Of a stretch of DNA of 64,000 nt, positions 1-9,098 are shown in pieces (position 1 is the first letter of the stretch; each line of letters starts with the position of its first letter). Both the position numbers and the translations under genes were made by a program. The stretch spans positions 75,850 through 139,849 of the forward strand of contig JAGQRH010000005.1 in NCBI GenBank assembly GCA_020425605.1, given 5' to 3'. The DNA is from Planctomycetota bacterium. Lineage in GTDB: Bacteria > Planctomycetota > UBA8742 > UBA2392. The notes below the pieces were generated by a model. The model had not been told where the DNA came from, made no database searches, and saw nothing but the letters and a program-made list of their open reading frames with translations.

Positions 1-101
1 GGCCTGCAGCATTGCAAGCCGAGACCGGTAGTTGACCTCATGTTGCATTGGGGCGGCAAGGGGCTAAATTCACCTCGTCCACCAGCGGAAGGCGTTTTTT
101 C

Positions 102-548
102 ATGGATATCCACGGCATGCTCGCCCCAGAGCGCATCATTATGAACCTCGGCAGCAGCACGAAGCGCGATGCGCTGGTTGAGATCGTAAGCAATCTTGGG
201 GAATCGGAGGGCGTGACGGACGTTGAGGCGCTCAAGAAGGCGATCCTCGAGCGTGAAGAGATCATGTCTACCGGGGTCGGGCTCACCATCGCCGTGCCAC
301 ATGCCAAGCTGGCAAGCGTGAAGACCTTCACGCTGGGGTTGGCGCGTTCCGAAAAGGGCATCGACTACGACAGCCTCGACGGACAGCCTGTACGGATCAT
401 CGTGACGATTGCAGCACCGGACAATGACCAGAATACGTACCTGCGCGTGCTGGCGGCCGTGATGCACGTGCTCCGGAACGAAGAGCAGCGCAATGCCATC
501 CTTGCTGCCAAGACGCCGGACGAAGTCATCAAGGTCTTCAAGAGCTAG
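102..548 (+). CDS. ptsN: PTS EIIA-type regulatory protein (PtsN/EIIA-Ntr-like)
   Basis: ORF 48..548 trimmed to ATG 102 (MDIHGMLAPERII). PTS EIIA-2 layout with candidate phospho-His in TIAVPHAKL and RIIVTIAAP strand. Confidence 0.7.
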   Translation: MDIHGMLAPERIIMNLGSSTKRDALVEIVSNLGESEGVTDVEALKKAILEREEIMSTGVGLTIAVPHAKLASVKTFTLGLARSEKGIDYDSLDGQPVRIIVTIAAPDNDQNTYLRVLAAVMHVLRNEEQRNAILAAKTPDEVIKVFKS

Positions 549-559
549 AGACAGCCCTG

Positions 560-907
560 CTACTGCTGCACACCCAGCGCGTTGCCTTCGGAGTCCCAGA
601 AGCTGGCGAACTTGGTTGGGCCTTCCTGCTGGATTTTGCCCACCTTGACGCCCTTTGCCTCAAGTGCCTTCAGCGTCTCTTCAATGTTGTCTGTCTTGAA
701 GTAGGGCATCGGGCCGTGGCCGACGTCTTTGCCGTCTGTCTCGCTTGGGTGAAGGGCGATATTGACGCCTGCTGAATCCAGCCGCAGGGCCGCGTAGTGG
801 GGCGGCGCGCTGAACAACACGCTGCAGCCCAGCATCTCCGTGTACCACTTGAGTGCGCGGTCGAAGTCGCTGGTCCACATCATGACGTGGCTGAATCCGC
901 TGAACAT
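560..907 (-). CDS. VOC/glyoxalase-bleomycin resistance family protein
   Basis: ATG 907 preceded by GGAGAA. FSHVMMWTSDFDRALKWYTEMLG and C-terminal FWDSEGNALG are typical VOC modules. The longer ORF start would overlap the PNP gene. Confidence 0.7.
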   Translation of the reverse strand: MFSGFSHVMMWTSDFDRALKWYTEMLGCSVLFSAPPHYAALRLDSAGVNIALHPSETDGKDVGHGPMPYFKTDNIEETLKALEAKGVKVGKIQQEGPTKFASFWDSEGNALGVQQ

Positions 908-944
908 GGCTTCTCCAGACTTGCGGGCGATGCAAACTTCGCCT

Positions 945-1775
945 CTACAGGCTTCCAACCAAAGACTTCACGATCTTCGTCAGCTTCGGCTCGGCTGATC
1001 CTGCTGTCTTGATGATGGTGTCGATGTCGGCTTCTTCGAGGTGGTCCGGGTCGCACATGTCCGTGCAGATGCTGAAGGCGACGACCCGCATGCCCATGTG
1101 GCGTGCGGTAATTACCTCGGGCACGGTGGACATGCCGACCACGTCCGCGCCGAAGTTGCGCAGCATGCGATACTCGGCGCGCGTCTCCAGCGTCGGTCCC
1201 GTTACCCAGACGTAGACGCCTTCGCGCAGTTCCAGCCCGTGTTCCTTGGCCGCGGCGTGCGCCTTCTTCTTCAGTTCGGGGTCGTAGGGGCGGGACATGT
1301 CCGGAAAGCGCGGGCCGATAGATTCATCATTCGGCCCAAGCAGCGGGCTCGTGCCCACGAGACCAGGCAGGTTGATGTGATCGTCGATCACCATCAGGTC
1401 GCCGAGCTTCCAGTCGAGATTCAATCCACCGGCGGCGTTGCTGAGCACGACGGTGTCGCAATCCAGTGCCTTCAACAGCCGCACCGGGTAGACGATGTCC
1501 GCGAGGCTGTGGCCTTCATAGAAGTGAAGACGGCCTTCGAAGACGTAGACGTCCGTGCCGTTCAGCTTGCCGGCGACGAATTCGCCTCCGTGGCTCTGCA
1601 CGCTGGCCTTGGCCATGCCCGGGATTTCGCCGAACGCGATGCGCACGTCGGCTTCCACTTCCTTGCCGAGCGCGCCCAACCCCGTACCGAGCACGATGCC
1701 GACTTTGGCGCGGACTTTCGTCTTGCCGTGAATCGACGTCACGGCTTCCTCGAGTTGTTCTTTGAGAGATGGCAT
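945..1775 (-). CDS. punA: purine nucleoside phosphorylase (trimeric PNP/MTAP family)
   Basis: Motifs VLGTGLG, GRLHFYEG, SNAAGGLN, VGMSTVPEV. Length 276 aa. Confidence 0.85.
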   Translation of the reverse strand: MPSLKEQLEEAVTSIHGKTKVRAKVGIVLGTGLGALGKEVEADVRIAFGEIPGMAKASVQSHGGEFVAGKLNGTDVYVFEGRLHFYEGHSLADIVYPVRLLKALDCDTVVLSNAAGGLNLDWKLGDLMVIDDHINLPGLVGTSPLLGPNDESIGPRFPDMSRPYDPELKKKAHAAAKEHGLELREGVYVWVTGPTLETRAEYRMLRNFGADVVGMSTVPEVITARHMGMRVVAFSICTDMCDPDHLEEADIDTIIKTAGSAEPKLTKIVKSLVGSL

Positions 1776-1788
1776 CTGGACTCCGAAG

Positions 1789-2079
1789 TCAGGTCTCTAG
1801 CTTTGATCGCAGCGTGGTTTCATCCATGCCGCTGATGGCCACACGCTTATCCTGACTGGCGTGGCCTGAGACAAGCTCAATTTCGCGGGCGGCGATGCCT
1901 AGCACGGTCGAGAGCAGGCGTACGACGCCTTCGTTTGCGCGCCCCTTCTCGGGTGGGTCTTTGACCTGAATCTTGAGGGCGCCGCCGTGTTCGCCGACGA
2001 TGCGGGCCTGCTTTGCCTTGGGGCGCACGCGCAGCCTCAGCAAGATACGCCCGTCGCGGGTTTCAAGATCGAGGGCCAT
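1789..2079 (-). CDS. DUF167/YggU family protein
   Basis: Start moved to ATG 2079 (MALDLETRDG), 3 nt after the upstream TAG. ALKIQVKDPPEKGRANEGVVRLLSTVLGI matches the YggU signature. Confidence 0.7.
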   Translation of the reverse strand: MALDLETRDGRILLRLRVRPKAKQARIVGEHGGALKIQVKDPPEKGRANEGVVRLLSTVLGIAAREIELVSGHASQDKRVAISGMDETTLRSKLET

Positions 2080-2081
2080 GG

Positions 2082-3098
2082 CTACTTGTTCTTCAGCGCC
2101 TCGATGACCCTGATGAATTCCGCTACGTTTTCGCGGCTCTTCTTGAGCAGCGACTTGCCACCAGGGCCGTGATAGTCCTTCTCGGCCAGCAATTCTTCCC
2201 AGTTGTCTAACTGGCCACAACCCAGGTGATTCAGTGTTAGCGTCACATCGGCCCAGCCGCCGGTCACGTAGAGAGACTTCGGCCAGAACTCTTTCATCAC
2301 CTGAATTGCAGCCCGCTGCTTGAGGTAGTTGGGCGTGTATTCCTGCTTGAGGTCGTTCTGTTTGGAGCCTGTGTTCCCGACGAGAAACTGCCAGCTAAGG
2401 ACGTTCTCCGGGTGTTCCTCGATGTTCTTTTCAGCCTTGTACAGGTTCAGCCATTCACGCCGCGCGGTGAGCAGCCAGGCCGTCATCATTGGCGGGACAT
2501 CTTCGCTGCCGGTTATACTGTTGGTGTCGACCAGCTTCTCGAGTTCGCGCCGAACCTTGCCCGCGTCCTTGGCTGCATCGGCCCATTCGTCCTGGGCTTC
2601 CTTCTCGGTCTTGAACCCGCCGTAGTGCTGCAGCGCGACCGCCATCATGCGGTAGTAGTAGGCCTTGCCAGACTTGATCTCGTTGGCGAGGTTCAGCAAC
2701 TCGGGCGTTCCGATCTCGTTTTCCTTGCGGACCGTGTGCCCGACGTCCTTGAGCTTTCGCTCGGCCTCTTTGTACATCCCGAGACGCAGCAAATAGATGC
2801 CCTCAAGGTAGTCCCGAACACTGACGTGGACCTCGTTGACATGCTTCGTCATCGCCTTTCGCTCGTCCGCATCGACGTAGCTTTTCAGGATCTCACGGTA
2901 GCGTCTTAGAGCCGTCGGGCCGTCAACGGCCACCGCGGTATCCTCCGGCTTGTCGTCGGTTGATTCCACGTCATCAGGCTGTTTGCCGTCTGTGGCAATT
3001 CGCTGCTTGACGTCTGCCTTTTCAATGCGTGGAAACACCTGCGCAAAGGCTGCGCCGGCGAAAAGGCAAATGGTAAGCATCAGGTAAATACGAGGCAT
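2082..3098 (-). CDS. secreted hypothetical protein
   Basis: ATG 3098 with AAGGAGG upstream. Signal peptide MPRIYLMLTICLFAGAAFAQV. Helical repeat-like body with no domain recognised. Confidence 0.6.
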   Translation of the reverse strand: MPRIYLMLTICLFAGAAFAQVFPRIEKADVKQRIATDGKQPDDVESTDDKPEDTAVAVDGPTALRRYREILKSYVDADERKAMTKHVNEVHVSVRDYLEGIYLLRLGMYKEAERKLKDVGHTVRKENEIGTPELLNLANEIKSGKAYYYRMMAVALQHYGGFKTEKEAQDEWADAAKDAGKVRRELEKLVDTNSITGSEDVPPMMTAWLLTARREWLNLYKAEKNIEEHPENVLSWQFLVGNTGSKQNDLKQEYTPNYLKQRAAIQVMKEFWPKSLYVTGGWADVTLTLNHLGCGQLDNWEELLAEKDYHGPGGKSLLKKSRENVAEFIRVIEALKNK

Positions 3099-3108
3099 GG
3101 GGTCCTCC

Positions 3109-5013
3109 TTAGTCACTCAGGCCGTAGCGCTCCATCTTCTTGCGCAGGCCGAGCCGTGAGAGTCCCAGCATTTCTGCGGCACGGGACTTGTTGCCTTTGG
3201 TACGTTCGATTGCTTCCACAATCTTGCGTTTTTCGACGTTTTCCACGACGTCTTTCAGGCTTCCGCCGCTTTCCGCCAGCGATTCTTCTTCAGCCATCTG
3301 GCGCAACTGGGGGCTGAGCAGCGCTGCGTCGATCTTCTTGCCGTCTGACAAAGCGACCATCTTCTTTACTTCGTTCTCAAGCTCGCGCACGTTTCCGGGC
3401 CAATTGTAGTTCAGCATTGCGCGCAGCACGCCGCGATCCATCTTGATGTCGGGATAGCCCGCTTCTTCGGCGTCCTTCTTCAGGAACGCATCCACGAGCA
3501 TCGCGATGTCTTCCTTGCGCTCGCGAAGGGGCGGCAGCTTGATGGTCACCACATTGATACGGAAAAAGAGGTCCTGCCGGAACGCGCCCTTGCGCACCTG
3601 GTCAGACAGCTCCTTGTTCGTCGCACACACGAGGCGGAAGTCGACCTTCTTGCTCTGCTTGCCGCCGATCGGGCGAATCTCGCCCTCTTCAAGCACGCGC
3701 AGCAACTTGGCCTGCATCGATGGGCTGATCTCGCCGATTTCATCCAGGAAGATCGTGCCGCCGTTGGCCATGCCGAACAGGCCCATCTTGTCGCGCTCGG
3801 CGCCGGTGAACGCGCCTTTCACGTAGCCGAACAGCTCGCTTTCGAACAGCGTATCGGGAAGCGCGGCGCAGTTTTCGGCGACAAAGCGGCCCTTGTTTGC
3901 GCGGCTGGAATTGAAATGCAGCGCGCGGGCGATCAGCTCTTTGCCCGTGCCCGGCTCGCCGAGAATCAGCACCGGCACCGGCAGGTCGGTGATCTTGTCG
4001 AGCATGCGGAAGACTTCCTGCATACCCGCGCTCTTGCCGATGATCTCGCTGTAGTCGTGGTGGAAGTTCGGCATCTCGCGCTTTTCGGCTTCCATGCGCA
4101 GCGCGGTCAGCTCGGCGGTTTGCATGTCGAGCTTTGCCTCAAGCTCTTTGCGGATGCCTTCCAGCTCGGTCTCGAAGTTCTCGATCTTGTATTCCAGCGC
4201 CTCTTCGTTGCGGCGGGATTCAGCCGCACCCATCAGCACGGCCGTGAGGTTGGCCGCGTTTTCCAGCAATTCGACCTGCGCATCGCTGAGGTCAGCTTCC
4301 TTGCTTTCGCGCTCAACATACAGCACACCGGTCAGACGCTCGCCGGCTTTCAGCGGTATGTAGACGCATGGCGGGTGTGAGGCTGTGCGCGGCTTCACCT
4401 GGGTTTTAGCGCGCGGGGTAAGCAGCTTGTTGGCGGCCGTCATGAAATTGCCCGGCAACTCGTCGGTGGGGGTGCCGCTGATGAAGTTGAAGAACGCGCG
4501 CCCCCTGGCGTTACCTTCGTCGTCGGCTACCGCGATCACGACACGCACGCCGGGGATCAGGCGACCGATGAACTGCGCCGCCGAATCCAGCAGCGCCTTT
4601 GCGGTGTCCTCCACCGCCGCATGGGCAAAACCGGCAAGCGCGTCTGCAATGCCGATCTGGAAAGTCGGGGCGCCGGGCTTTGCGTTGATCGGCTCCATCG
4701 CGTTCTTGGTTTCGAACGCGCTGGATTCTTCCGAGAAGAGCGACAGCTTGGCCAGGCCGATCTGGAAGGTCTCGCCGTACTGGATGGCTTGCTCAAGCAC
4801 AGGCTCGCCGTGCATGTACGTCCCGTTGCGGGATTTCAGGTCGCGCAGCACCCAGGTTTTGTCCTGCTGCTGCTCCAGCACGCAATGGTGGCGGCTGGCC
4901 TTTTCGTCCGTGACCATGATGGTGTTGTCAGGCGCGCGTCCAACGGAAACCTCTGACCCAGCCAGCTGGTAGTGGTTGGTGTTTCCCTTTTCCTCAACGA
5001 CAACGAATGGCAT
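3109..5013 (-). CDS. sigma54-dependent transcriptional activator, FHA-GAF-AAA+-HTH architecture
   Basis: N-terminal FHA (VSVGRAPDNTIMVTDEKASRHHCVL...SRNGTYMHGEPV). Central GAF-like region and coiled coil. Sigma54-interaction AAA+ (GEPGTGKE, ESELFGY, GAFTGA, FLDEIGE). Fis-type HTH (GNKSRAAEMLGLSRLGLRKKMERYGL). Confidence 0.9.
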   Translation of the reverse strand: MPFVVVEEKGNTNHYQLAGSEVSVGRAPDNTIMVTDEKASRHHCVLEQQQDKTWVLRDLKSRNGTYMHGEPVLEQAIQYGETFQIGLAKLSLFSEESSAFETKNAMEPINAKPGAPTFQIGIADALAGFAHAAVEDTAKALLDSAAQFIGRLIPGVRVVIAVADDEGNARGRAFFNFISGTPTDELPGNFMTAANKLLTPRAKTQVKPRTASHPPCVYIPLKAGERLTGVLYVERESKEADLSDAQVELLENAANLTAVLMGAAESRRNEEALEYKIENFETELEGIRKELEAKLDMQTAELTALRMEAEKREMPNFHHDYSEIIGKSAGMQEVFRMLDKITDLPVPVLILGEPGTGKELIARALHFNSSRANKGRFVAENCAALPDTLFESELFGYVKGAFTGAERDKMGLFGMANGGTIFLDEIGEISPSMQAKLLRVLEEGEIRPIGGKQSKKVDFRLVCATNKELSDQVRKGAFRQDLFFRINVVTIKLPPLRERKEDIAMLVDAFLKKDAEEAGYPDIKMDRGVLRAMLNYNWPGNVRELENEVKKMVALSDGKKIDAALLSPQLRQMAEEESLAESGGSLKDVVENVEKRKIVEAIERTKGNKSRAAEMLGLSRLGLRKKMERYGLSD

Positions 5014-5111
5014 TCGGGCGCGCGCTCCGCAGTGTGTGTATCAGTGAAGATCACGGCGTGGAGCCCGTCAAGGAGTGGTGGAAACTTTGTTACCACGTCA
5101 CGGAAGCCCGC

Positions 5112-5474
5112 CTAAACCAGCTCACGGCCTTCCAGTGGTGTGCCGCAGTACATGCAGGTCACCGCGCGTTTGCCGTTGGTCTTGCCGCAATTGCTGCACT
5201 GCTGTGGACCCGACTGGGGCTTGTACTTGCCGTCGAGTCGGCCGTCACTGAGGTCGACTTCCGTGACGATTTCACGGAACTCATCCTCGCTGAACACGCC
5301 CTTCTTCGAGCAGATCTCGAGCAGCGAGCGAATGATCAGCGTCTGGCGCTCAATCGCGTCTTCAAGCCGCGCCATCGCGTTCTCGGCGCGGCGGGCTGAG
5401 CCCTCTGCATCGGTTGCTGCATGCGCGGCCTGTCGCGCGGCGCCGTAAGAGTTGTGAACCCATCCGTAGTACAT
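5112..5474 (-). CDS. small zinc-ribbon protein (hypothetical)
   Basis: Start moved to ATG 5474 with GGAAGGAGG 6 nt upstream. C-terminal CSNC-X10-CMYC zinc ribbon. Confidence 0.55.
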   Translation of the reverse strand: MYYGWVHNSYGAARQAAHAATDAEGSARRAENAMARLEDAIERQTLIIRSLLEICSKKGVFSEDEFREIVTEVDLSDGRLDGKYKPQSGPQQCSNCGKTNGKRAVTCMYCGTPLEGRELV

Positions 5475-5563
5475 GTCTGCCTCCTTCCACTCAGCATACC
5501 CCGGCATCGCGACATCGCGATTGCAACGACGTGCGTGATTTGGAACGGCCACTGCGTTGGCGT

Positions 5564-6601
5564 CTATGCCCGTGTCGCGCTCAAGAGCCTCGCGGAGCGT
5601 GCGCGCGGGTTGTTGTGGATCTCGTCGCCCGTGGGGCGCGTTCCGTCGATATCCACGCCCGAATAGAGGCCTGCCTTCAGCCCGCTCAGAAGCGCGTCAT
5701 GCACCCGCTTCTGCTCACCGCTGTGGAACGTGATGAAGGCTGCTCGCCCGCCCGGGTTCAGCAGATACGGCAGCGTACGCAGCAAGTGCTCGAGATTCGC
5801 GACCTCGCGGTTCACGGCCATGCGCAGCGCCTGGAACACACGTGCGGCCGGGTGCTGGTCGCGCGCCGAGCGTTTCTTGTAGCTCTTCAGCCCGTAGGCG
5901 CGCAGCACGATGTTCACCAACTCGCCGGTGCGCGTCGGGCATCCGAGCTTGATGGCCGCGGCAATCGCCTCCGCACGCGGCTCGTCGCCCAGCTCAGTCA
6001 GCATCGCGGCCAGCGCTTCTTCATCGGTGTCGGCGATCAACTGCGCGGCCGTGATGCCACGCGTAGGGTCCATCCGCATATCCAGCGGCGCGTCGCGCTT
6101 GAAGCCGAAGCCGCGCTCCGGGTCGTCCAGCTGCATGCTGGAAACCCCGAAGTCCGCCAGAAGGCAGTCGACGCCGGTCAGTCCCTCGGCCGCGAGCACG
6201 TTGCCGATTCCCGCAAAATTCGTGTGGTGGGCCGAGATCTGGATCCCGCTGGCAGCCAGACGCTCGCTCGTCCGCGCCAGCTCATTGGCGTCGAGGTCGG
6301 TCGCGATCACCCGCGCACCCGCCAGCGCCAAGGCCGCCGAATGACCGCCGTAGCCCAGCGTGCAGTCCAGCGCGACTTCGCCTGCTTTGGGTGCCAGCGC
6401 CGCCAGCACTTCGCGAAGCATCACCGGCACATGGGTGCCCGCCGGCGTACGCCCGGCCGCGCGGACCTTGGCCACCTCGTCGGGGTACTTGTCCGGCGCG
6501 AGCTCCTTGTACTTCTCTTCGAAGCGCTTCGGATGCGTGCCCTGGTAGCGTTTGCGCCTTGGTGGCTTGCCGGGTGCGTCGTTCGTGAGTTCTTCGGTCA
6601 T
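5564..6601 (-). CDS. rsmH: 16S rRNA (cytosine1402-N4)-methyltransferase RsmH/MraW
   Basis: HVPVML, LDCTLGYGGHS SAM site, DFGVSSMQLD, FHSGE motifs. Confidence 0.9.
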   Translation of the reverse strand: MTEELTNDAPGKPPRRKRYQGTHPKRFEEKYKELAPDKYPDEVAKVRAAGRTPAGTHVPVMLREVLAALAPKAGEVALDCTLGYGGHSAALALAGARVIATDLDANELARTSERLAASGIQISAHHTNFAGIGNVLAAEGLTGVDCLLADFGVSSMQLDDPERGFGFKRDAPLDMRMDPTRGITAAQLIADTDEEALAAMLTELGDEPRAEAIAAAIKLGCPTRTGELVNIVLRAYGLKSYKKRSARDQHPAARVFQALRMAVNREVANLEHLLRTLPYLLNPGGRAAFITFHSGEQKRVHDALLSGLKAGLYSGVDIDGTRPTGDEIHNNPRARSARLLSATRA

Positions 6602-6735
6602 CGCGCGAGCTTAACACAGCCTTGGCGCAAAATACGCCCGCCGATGCCGATATCTGCACATGGATACACCGCATCCACTCAAACCCGTGCAAACTGCCCT
6701 GACGCGCGTTATCTTCGCGCAAAAGGGGGACCGCC

Positions 6736-6963
6736 ATGGCAGACAAAGAAGAATTGAAGAAGGCACTCAAGGCTTTCAAGAAGCGCCTGAAGGTGTACCA
6801 GGAAGACTCCGGCAGCAGCGCGCCGGCCAGCCACCTGAGCCGCGAGAAGGCCACCATCACCGCCATCAACCCGCCGGACCAGTACCCCAAGGAAGTCTGG
6901 GAAGCACTGGTCGAGAAAGGCCGCCTGAAGAAGGTCGGCCACAACATGTACTCACTGGCTTGA
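6736..6963 (+). CDS. small hypothetical protein (75 aa, Lys-rich N-terminus)
   Basis: ATG with AAGGGGGA upstream. Followed directly by a nested hairpin. Confidence 0.5.
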   Translation: MADKEELKKALKAFKKRLKVYQEDSGSSAPASHLSREKATITAINPPDQYPKEVWEALVEKGRLKKVGHNMYSLA

Positions 6964-6970
6964 GCAAACA

Positions 6971-7040
6971 TTCACCACAGAACACGCAGAGACCACAGAG
7001 CAAAGCGGTTCTCTGTGAACTCTGTGTTCTCTGTGGTGAA
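6971..7040. repeat. nested imperfect palindrome (REP-like element / terminator)
   Basis: Outer arms TTCACCACAGAACACGCAGA (6971-6990) vs TCTGTGTTCTCTGTGGTGAA (7021-7040). Inner hairpin CACAGAG(6994-7000)/CTCTGTG(7011-7017). Confidence 0.5.
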
Positions 7041-7054
7041 GAGAGGCTGAAACC

Positions 7055-7651
7055 ATGGACCAGTTGATCGTCGGCGTGAACCTGTTTGCGATCTGCCTTG
7101 TACTGGCGCTGATGGAGGTGCACATCGAGGGCCCGCACGGCTGGGCCACGACGCTGCCCACCTGGCGCTTCGACCGCCCGTGGCTGCGCAAGCTGACCAA
7201 CGGCAAGCCGATCACCGGCTATCACGTCTACATCAACCTGGTCATCCTCGGCTTCCTGCACTATCCGCTGATCGCCTCCAAATGGACCTTCGTGGGCGAG
7301 CTGCGCATCATCAGCCAGTACCTGATGGTCGCGGTCTGGTGGGATTTCCTCTGGTTCGTCTGCAACCCGTACTTCGGCGTGCGACGCTTCAAGAGCAAGA
7401 ACGTCTGGTGGCACAAACAGTGGATCCTCGGCGTGCCGATGGACTACCCGATGGGCACGATCAGCAGCGCGGCCGTGTGGTTCTGGGCCGACTGGCTGCG
7501 CCCGGCGTCCGGCACCAGCATTATCGAGTGGGCCAAGCTGCTCGGCATCGTCGTCGGCCTGACCGCGCTCACGGCCGTGTTCATGCATCTGATCGGCCGA
7601 CACAAACCCGGCACACCAATGCCCCCGAGCGAAGAGCCCAAACCCGCCTAG
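7055..7651 (+). CDS. integral membrane protein, Trp-rich (hypothetical)
   Basis: About 5 hydrophobic segments (VNLFAICLVLALM, YINLVILGFLHYPLI, YLMVAVWWDFLWFV, AAVWFWADWL, LLGIVVGLTALTAVF). Confidence 0.6.
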   Translation: MDQLIVGVNLFAICLVLALMEVHIEGPHGWATTLPTWRFDRPWLRKLTNGKPITGYHVYINLVILGFLHYPLIASKWTFVGELRIISQYLMVAVWWDFLWFVCNPYFGVRRFKSKNVWWHKQWILGVPMDYPMGTISSAAVWFWADWLRPASGTSIIEWAKLLGIVVGLTALTAVFMHLIGRHKPGTPMPPSEEPKPA

Positions 7652-8178
7652 GCCGCGTGGGCCGGGTCTCGTCCTTTGGCTTTCTCCGGCTGCGGTTGTG
7701 GCTGTACGGGCGCGGGCGTCTTTGCCTGATTCGTTGGCATGTCGGCGCGGCGGGCGTTCGGCTGTGGCGCGGGCGGTTTGACGCTGTCGGGCTGGGCCGT
7801 GTCTTCAGCCTGCGTTTCGGGCGCGTGCTCGGCCGCGCTTTCGGGCTGCTCGTCCTCGGTTGCATTCAGGATGAACTCGTCTTCGGCCGCGGCGACCATG
7901 GCGTCGCGCTTTTCGCGCAGTGTGCGGACCAGCATCACGGCGCGCAGCCCGACACTTGGCGGGACCTGCCAGCGTGGGGGGTTGCCGTCGGGGATCGGTT
8001 TGCGCCTGCGCTCAGCGAGTTCGGCCTCGTAAAGCTGCGCGGTCGAGCCGACCACACGGATTTCATCCAGCAGCTCGCGCAGGCGCGGATTGATCATCTC
8101 AAGCGCCCGCTCACGCGCCACGGAATCGGCCTCAGTAGCAGGTTTGGCAGGCCAGCGGCGATAACGTTTGTTTGACAT
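7648..8178 (-). CDS. hypothetical protein with acidic/Pro-rich C-terminal half
   Basis: Only long ORF here with non-shadow composition. Converges on the 7055 gene with a 4-nt overlap. Confidence 0.45.
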   Translation of the reverse strand: MSNKRYRRWPAKPATEADSVARERALEMINPRLRELLDEIRVVGSTAQLYEAELAERRRKPIPDGNPPRWQVPPSVGLRAVMLVRTLREKRDAMVAAAEDEFILNATEDEQPESAAEHAPETQAEDTAQPDSVKPPAPQPNARRADMPTNQAKTPAPVQPQPQPEKAKGRDPAHAA

Positions 8179-8196
8179 CAGTAGGCTCCAGGGTTT

Positions 8197-8985
8197 TCAC
8201 ACCCAAAGCCTACACCACCATTGCGACATCCAGGGCCGCGTTGGACGTACCCAACCACCCGCAAAGCCGCCCTGGTGGCGGAAAGAAAAAACTTCGACAG
8301 CTTCTTGGGCGACCACCGTAGGGGCGGCCTCATGCCCGCCCGACGAAGCCTCAACGAAGTCGGGTGCCGGGCCTGCGTGCATCTCTGCAGCAAAGGCAAC
8401 ATCTCCCCGGGGCTTTGCTGCCAGGGTTATGCTGGCCCCGCAGGGGCGCTCTACGGTAGCCGGGGGCGTGAGCCCCCGGAGCCGGTCATGGCAAGATGGC
8501 GCGCCCAAAGGGCCGCCTAGAGCGTACCCCCCAACCGCAGACACCGAACCGTCCGCGTTCCGTTTCATTCCATGCATCGTGAGAATCTCGTCCAGTTCCT
8601 CGTCGAACGTCTTCTCCGCGTGATGCTGCTCCTGATTGCGGATGTAATCGCGAGTCCGGTCCAGCAGCGACGCGCTGACGGAAAACACGCCATACCCGTC
8701 CTGCCATCCGAATTCCTGCGTCGGCCATTTCTCATGAATCCAGCGTGAAGTATTGGTCTTGATGTCGCGCATCAGGTCGGCGATCGATTGGGTCATCGAC
8801 AGCCCGATCAGCAGGTGCACGTGGTCGGCTATGCCGCCGCCCTCGATCAGCTTGCACTGGCGTTTGTCGCAGACGCCGTGGATGTACTTGAAGAGCTCAA
8901 GCTTGATGTGGGGCGTAATCAGCGGTTTGCGGTCTTTGCAGGCGAAGACCGCGTGGATGCGGACGCTGTGGTAGGTGGAGCCCAT
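8197..8985 (-). mobile_element. IS200/IS605-type Y1 (HUH) transposase, REP-associated (RAYT)-like
   Basis: HUH motif ADHVHLLIG and catalytic Tyr motif RDYIRNQEQHH. Only the first ~150 codons look like the fold. The ORF then runs ~110 more codons through GC-rich hairpins. Confidence 0.8.
8320..8480. repeat. cluster of GC-rich hairpins (REP-like) inside the 3' third of the RAYT ORF
   Basis: GGGCGG/CCGCCC 8322-8341. GCAGCAAAG/CTTTGCTGC 8388-8421. GCCCC-gca-GGGGC 8435-8447. CCGGGGGC-GTGA-GCCCCCGG 8460-8479. Confidence 0.4.
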
Positions 8986-9098
8986 CGCGGGATTGTAGCC
9001 TGCAGGCGGCCCTCCGGGCGCGCGATTTCGCGGCTAACCGGTCCGGGGGCTCAGATGCTCGAACCACCAAAATCCCGGCGTTGACGCACCGGGCTATT

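Noticed and set aside
5414-6757. 447-aa plus-strand ORF
   Set aside because: Antisense shadow of rsmH. Arg-rich with no motifs.
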